DNA of 64,000 nt. Origin: an uncultured Gammaproteobacteria bacterium. Its GTDB lineage: Bacteria; Pseudomonadota; Gammaproteobacteria; Arenicellales; Arenicellaceae. Positions 61,382 to 64,000 of this stretch are shown piece after piece. The first letter of the stretch is position 1. Every line of letters begins with the position of its first letter. The notes beneath the pieces were generated by a model. It saw only the letters and a list, made by a program, of their open reading frames with translations, was not told the DNA's origin and ran no database searches. The position numbers were made by a program, and so were the translations under genes. The stretch is from NCBI GenBank assembly GCA_964407915.1, contig CAYOXK010000005.1:734-64733 (forward strand), given 5' to 3'.

Positions 61382-63025
61382 ATGGGTTGGTTTGACCGCA
61401 GCTCGTCTAAGCCGCGTCGCGTAGTTGCCAACGCGAAAGTCACGCGTCGCCCACACGCAGGCGTTAACGGCATTGAACGCGATGTGGTGGTGCATAAAGA
61501 AGGTGAAGTAGGTGATTATCGCTTATTGTTGACGAAGACCGCGAGTGCCGAGCCTGCCGTGACCGCCATTCTGCTGAAGAACCCAAGTTTGCGTTGTTTA
61601 GTAACTAGGCAAAACGAGATATTTGCGGTGAAACCTAAGTTGCAAAGCTCGCCTGCGCAAGCACTGAACCACCTTGTGGCATTGTGCAAGAAATTGTCCG
61701 ACGGCCAGCCAATACATCTGTTTTATGTGTCGGAAACCATCTATCAGTCGTATTTAGAGGGGTTAAGCAAAGTACATTCGTCGGGCATTGCGATGCTCGA
61801 TAACGAAAAAATTAATCAGTTGTTTTTAGAGGCTATTCGGCAAAAAGCGAGCGACATACATATTCGCTATCGCGCCTCGGAAGCGATCATTTTGTTTCGC
61901 GTAAATCAGCTGTTGCGCCCGCACGAGATTGTTGAGGCCAGCACGGCCAAGCGCATCATCACGGCGATGTTCAATACCACCAAGGGTGGGAAAGACTTCT
62001 CGATGCAGCAATCAATTGACACCTCGTTTAAATACAACGCTGAAACGGGCGATGAGTTTATGGTGCGCGCTAATTCAAGCCCAGAAAAGCGCGGCGTAAC
62101 GGTAGTGTCGAGATTGCGTAACACTAAAGAGCTATTGCCTCTTGAGGTGGCTGGCTACACGGCCAAGCAACTCGCTCATTTGCGTACCATAACCGATAAA
62201 CATCAAGGCCTACTGCTGATCACGGGCCCGACCAATTCAGGCAAGTCCACCACCCTCACTACTATCATGGCCCATATTCCGCGCGAGTATGCAGTGTGCG
62301 AAGTGGCAGACCCGATCGAGGTAGTGCTGCCTAATGTTTCGCACTTTGAGGTTGCGAACGACAACGATCAAGAGATGGATCGAGTGATGAAAGACATGGT
62401 CCGTCAGGACCCCGATTACTTAATTGTGGGCGAAATTCGCTCTCAGCAAACAGCGCATGCGGCTACATCCCTTGCTTATGCCGGCACCTCGGTAATGACG
62501 ACCATGCACACGAATAGTATTGCGGCGGCGTTTCCGCGTGCAATCAAGCTAGGAATGGAGCGAGATGATCTCTCCGTGGAAGGTTTCTTGAACGGTGTGG
62601 TCTCTCAAAACTTAGTGCCGGTGCTGTGCGAGCAGTGCAAACGTCCCTTTATGAGCAAGCCGAATATGTCGGAAGAAGACAATAAACGTAAAACGGCTTA
62701 CTACGGCGAAATTTTTGCAGGATATCAAATCTATTATCGTAATTTTGCAGGATGCAGTGCCTGCCGTCGCACTGGCGTGCAAGGCATAACGCTAATCGCC
62801 GAAGTGTTGGAAATGTCGCAAGAAGTGCGCAAGCTCGTCGCGCGCAAAGAGCATTATTTAATTGGTGAGTACATGGAGGCAAACGGTATCTACACCAAAC
62901 ACAGTCACGCGGCGCATAAAGTAATGCAGGGCATGTTTGATCCCACCTTGGTCGAAGACAAGATAGATCCATTTAAGCCGAGCGATGTAACGGCGGCCTT
63001 GCGTGCTGGGGGCATTAATGTTTAG
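61382..63025 (+). CDS. GspE/PilB-family extension ATPase (PilQ/TcpT/BfpD-like)
   Basis: ASDIHI, Walker A GPTNSGKST, ADPIE, RQDPD, Walker B LIVGEIR, His box TTMHTN, CEQC...CSAC tetracysteine; start placed at ATG 61382. Confidence 0.9.
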   Translation: MGWFDRSSSKPRRVVANAKVTRRPHAGVNGIERDVVVHKEGEVGDYRLLLTKTASAEPAVTAILLKNPSLRCLVTRQNEIFAVKPKLQSSPAQALNHLVALCKKLSDGQPIHLFYVSETIYQSYLEGLSKVHSSGIAMLDNEKINQLFLEAIRQKASDIHIRYRASEAIILFRVNQLLRPHEIVEASTAKRIITAMFNTTKGGKDFSMQQSIDTSFKYNAETGDEFMVRANSSPEKRGVTVVSRLRNTKELLPLEVAGYTAKQLAHLRTITDKHQGLLLITGPTNSGKSTTLTTIMAHIPREYAVCEVADPIEVVLPNVSHFEVANDNDQEMDRVMKDMVRQDPDYLIVGEIRSQQTAHAATSLAYAGTSVMTTMHTNSIAAAFPRAIKLGMERDDLSVEGFLNGVVSQNLVPVLCEQCKRPFMSKPNMSEEDNKRKTAYYGEIFAGYQIYYRNFAGCSACRRTGVQGITLIAEVLEMSQEVRKLVARKEHYLIGEYMEANGIYTKHSHAAHKVMQGMFDPTLVEDKIDPFKPSDVTAALRAGGINV

Positions 63026-64000
63026 AGCATTTTTAAATTGGCAGAACCATCACATCCTGTTCGATTTTAACGAACGGCAAACCTTTCTTATGGTGTTGGG
63101 TACGCAGTTAGAAAGCGGCACACCCTTAAGCCGTATTCTCGAATCAATGCACAGCCACCCGTATACGCCCGTAGTGGGCGACGTGGCGGGGCTCGCATTA
63201 GATGCGTTTCGCGATGGTAAACCCATTGCTGAGTATTGGGACAGTCAAGGGCACTTCTCTACCATGGAGGCCAAGTTGCTAGCGGTAAGCGAATCTATTA
63301 ATGGGCGAGAGGGCTTAGTTCAGGCGGTGGCGTATTTGCGCGAAAGCACCAGTCCTGATGTGTCGTTTTGGCGCACCGTTGTATTCGCTAACATCGCCTA
63401 CATTGTGGCGTCAGCCTATCTGTTTGGTTTTATGGTCTATTTGTCGGCAGCACACCAAGATACGTATCACGATGTGTTGGTGCAGGTTGGTAAGAGTAGT
63501 ACCGACATGGCCTTGTTCCAAATGGGTAATTTCTTTCTTGGCTACGGTCTGTACCTCGCGCTGGGTCTGGGTGTTTTTACGTTGGGATATCTATATCTAC
63601 GGCAGTCCATTGTGGATGTGCAAGATCGCACGCTGGCGCAAAAATTCTTGCTGTTCAATTTCTATGATCTGAAGTTTGAGTACGACATTTGCGGCATGGT
63701 TGCAGCGTTTTTACGTCAACGCATCCCTATTCAACAAACCGTGCAAATCATGGCCGATATTTACCTGAGCTCACACTTTAAAAACACTCGCTTGCTGTGG
63801 GTGTTGGCCGAGCTTGGCGACGGGGAGTCGACCATTCCAAGTTTTCGCGGACGCGTGTTCTCTGAGCAGAATTATCATTTGGTTGAATTAAATGCCGCAG
63901 ACGACACTCCTGAGGAATTGGCGCAGGGCTTCAGCGTAACCCAGCAGATTGCTGGAGTGTTATTAACGCGTAATTTTAAACGCCTTGGACGGCTGACATT
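63018..64000 (+). CDS. GspF/PilC-family inner-membrane platform protein (PilR-like), runs off the right edge
   Basis: Translated by hand: MFRAFLNWQ...RQTFLMVLGTQLESGTPLSRILESM...EAKLLAVSE..., two transmembrane segments and a second helical repeat. Open to 64000; ATG overlaps the ATPase end. Confidence 0.8.
   Translation, partial: MFRAFLNWQNHHILFDFNERQTFLMVLGTQLESGTPLSRILESMHSHPYTPVVGDVAGLALDAFRDGKPIAEYWDSQGHFSTMEAKLLAVSESINGREGLVQAVAYLRESTSPDVSFWRTVVFANIAYIVASAYLFGFMVYLSAAHQDTYHDVLVQVGKSSTDMALFQMGNFFLGYGLYLALGLGVFTLGYLYLRQSIVDVQDRTLAQKFLLFNFYDLKFEYDICGMVAAFLRQRIPIQQTVQIMADIYLSSHFKNTRLLWVLAELGDGESTIPSFRGRVFSEQNYHLVELNAADDTPEELAQGFSVTQQIAGVLLTRNFKRLGRLT

Noticed and set aside
63358-63672. 104-aa ORF from the track
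   Set aside because: Out-of-frame overlap within the longer platform-protein ORF starting at 63018.

Overview
64 kb of gammaproteobacterial chromosome (the gene set looks like a free-living, probably marine lineage; this is inference). Most of it is housekeeping: dnaG(partial)-yqeY-rpsU, tsaD, plsY, folB, uppP, hslO, cca, pyrE, xth, ampG, selO, gluQ, hisBHAFIE-tatABC, folD, rep, petABC-sspAB, hslVU, plsC, gmhB, glyQS. No rRNA, tRNA, CRISPR array, integrase or transposase was seen. Accessory loci of interest: (1) a bufferin-like RiPP cluster at 18.9-21.6 kb, with a DUF2282 precursor carrying an extra two-Cys insertion, a fused MNIO(DUF692)-DUF2063 enzyme and DoxX; (2) a DUF4956 membrane protein + lipoprotein metallophosphatase + convergent CotH-like kinase-fold gene at 47.5-50.6 kb; (3) a divergent type IVb-like pilus operon from 56.5 kb running off the right edge, whose leader has GGA-loop hairpins typical of CsrA/RsmA targets; (4) a promoter- and terminator-bounded ~100 nt sRNA candidate at 45.9 kb; (5) two clusters of GTCATTCCCGC-type palindromic repeats; (6) a secreted zinc metalloprotease with a possible C-terminal sorting tail. 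All family calls come from motif recognition by eye; no database searches were run.
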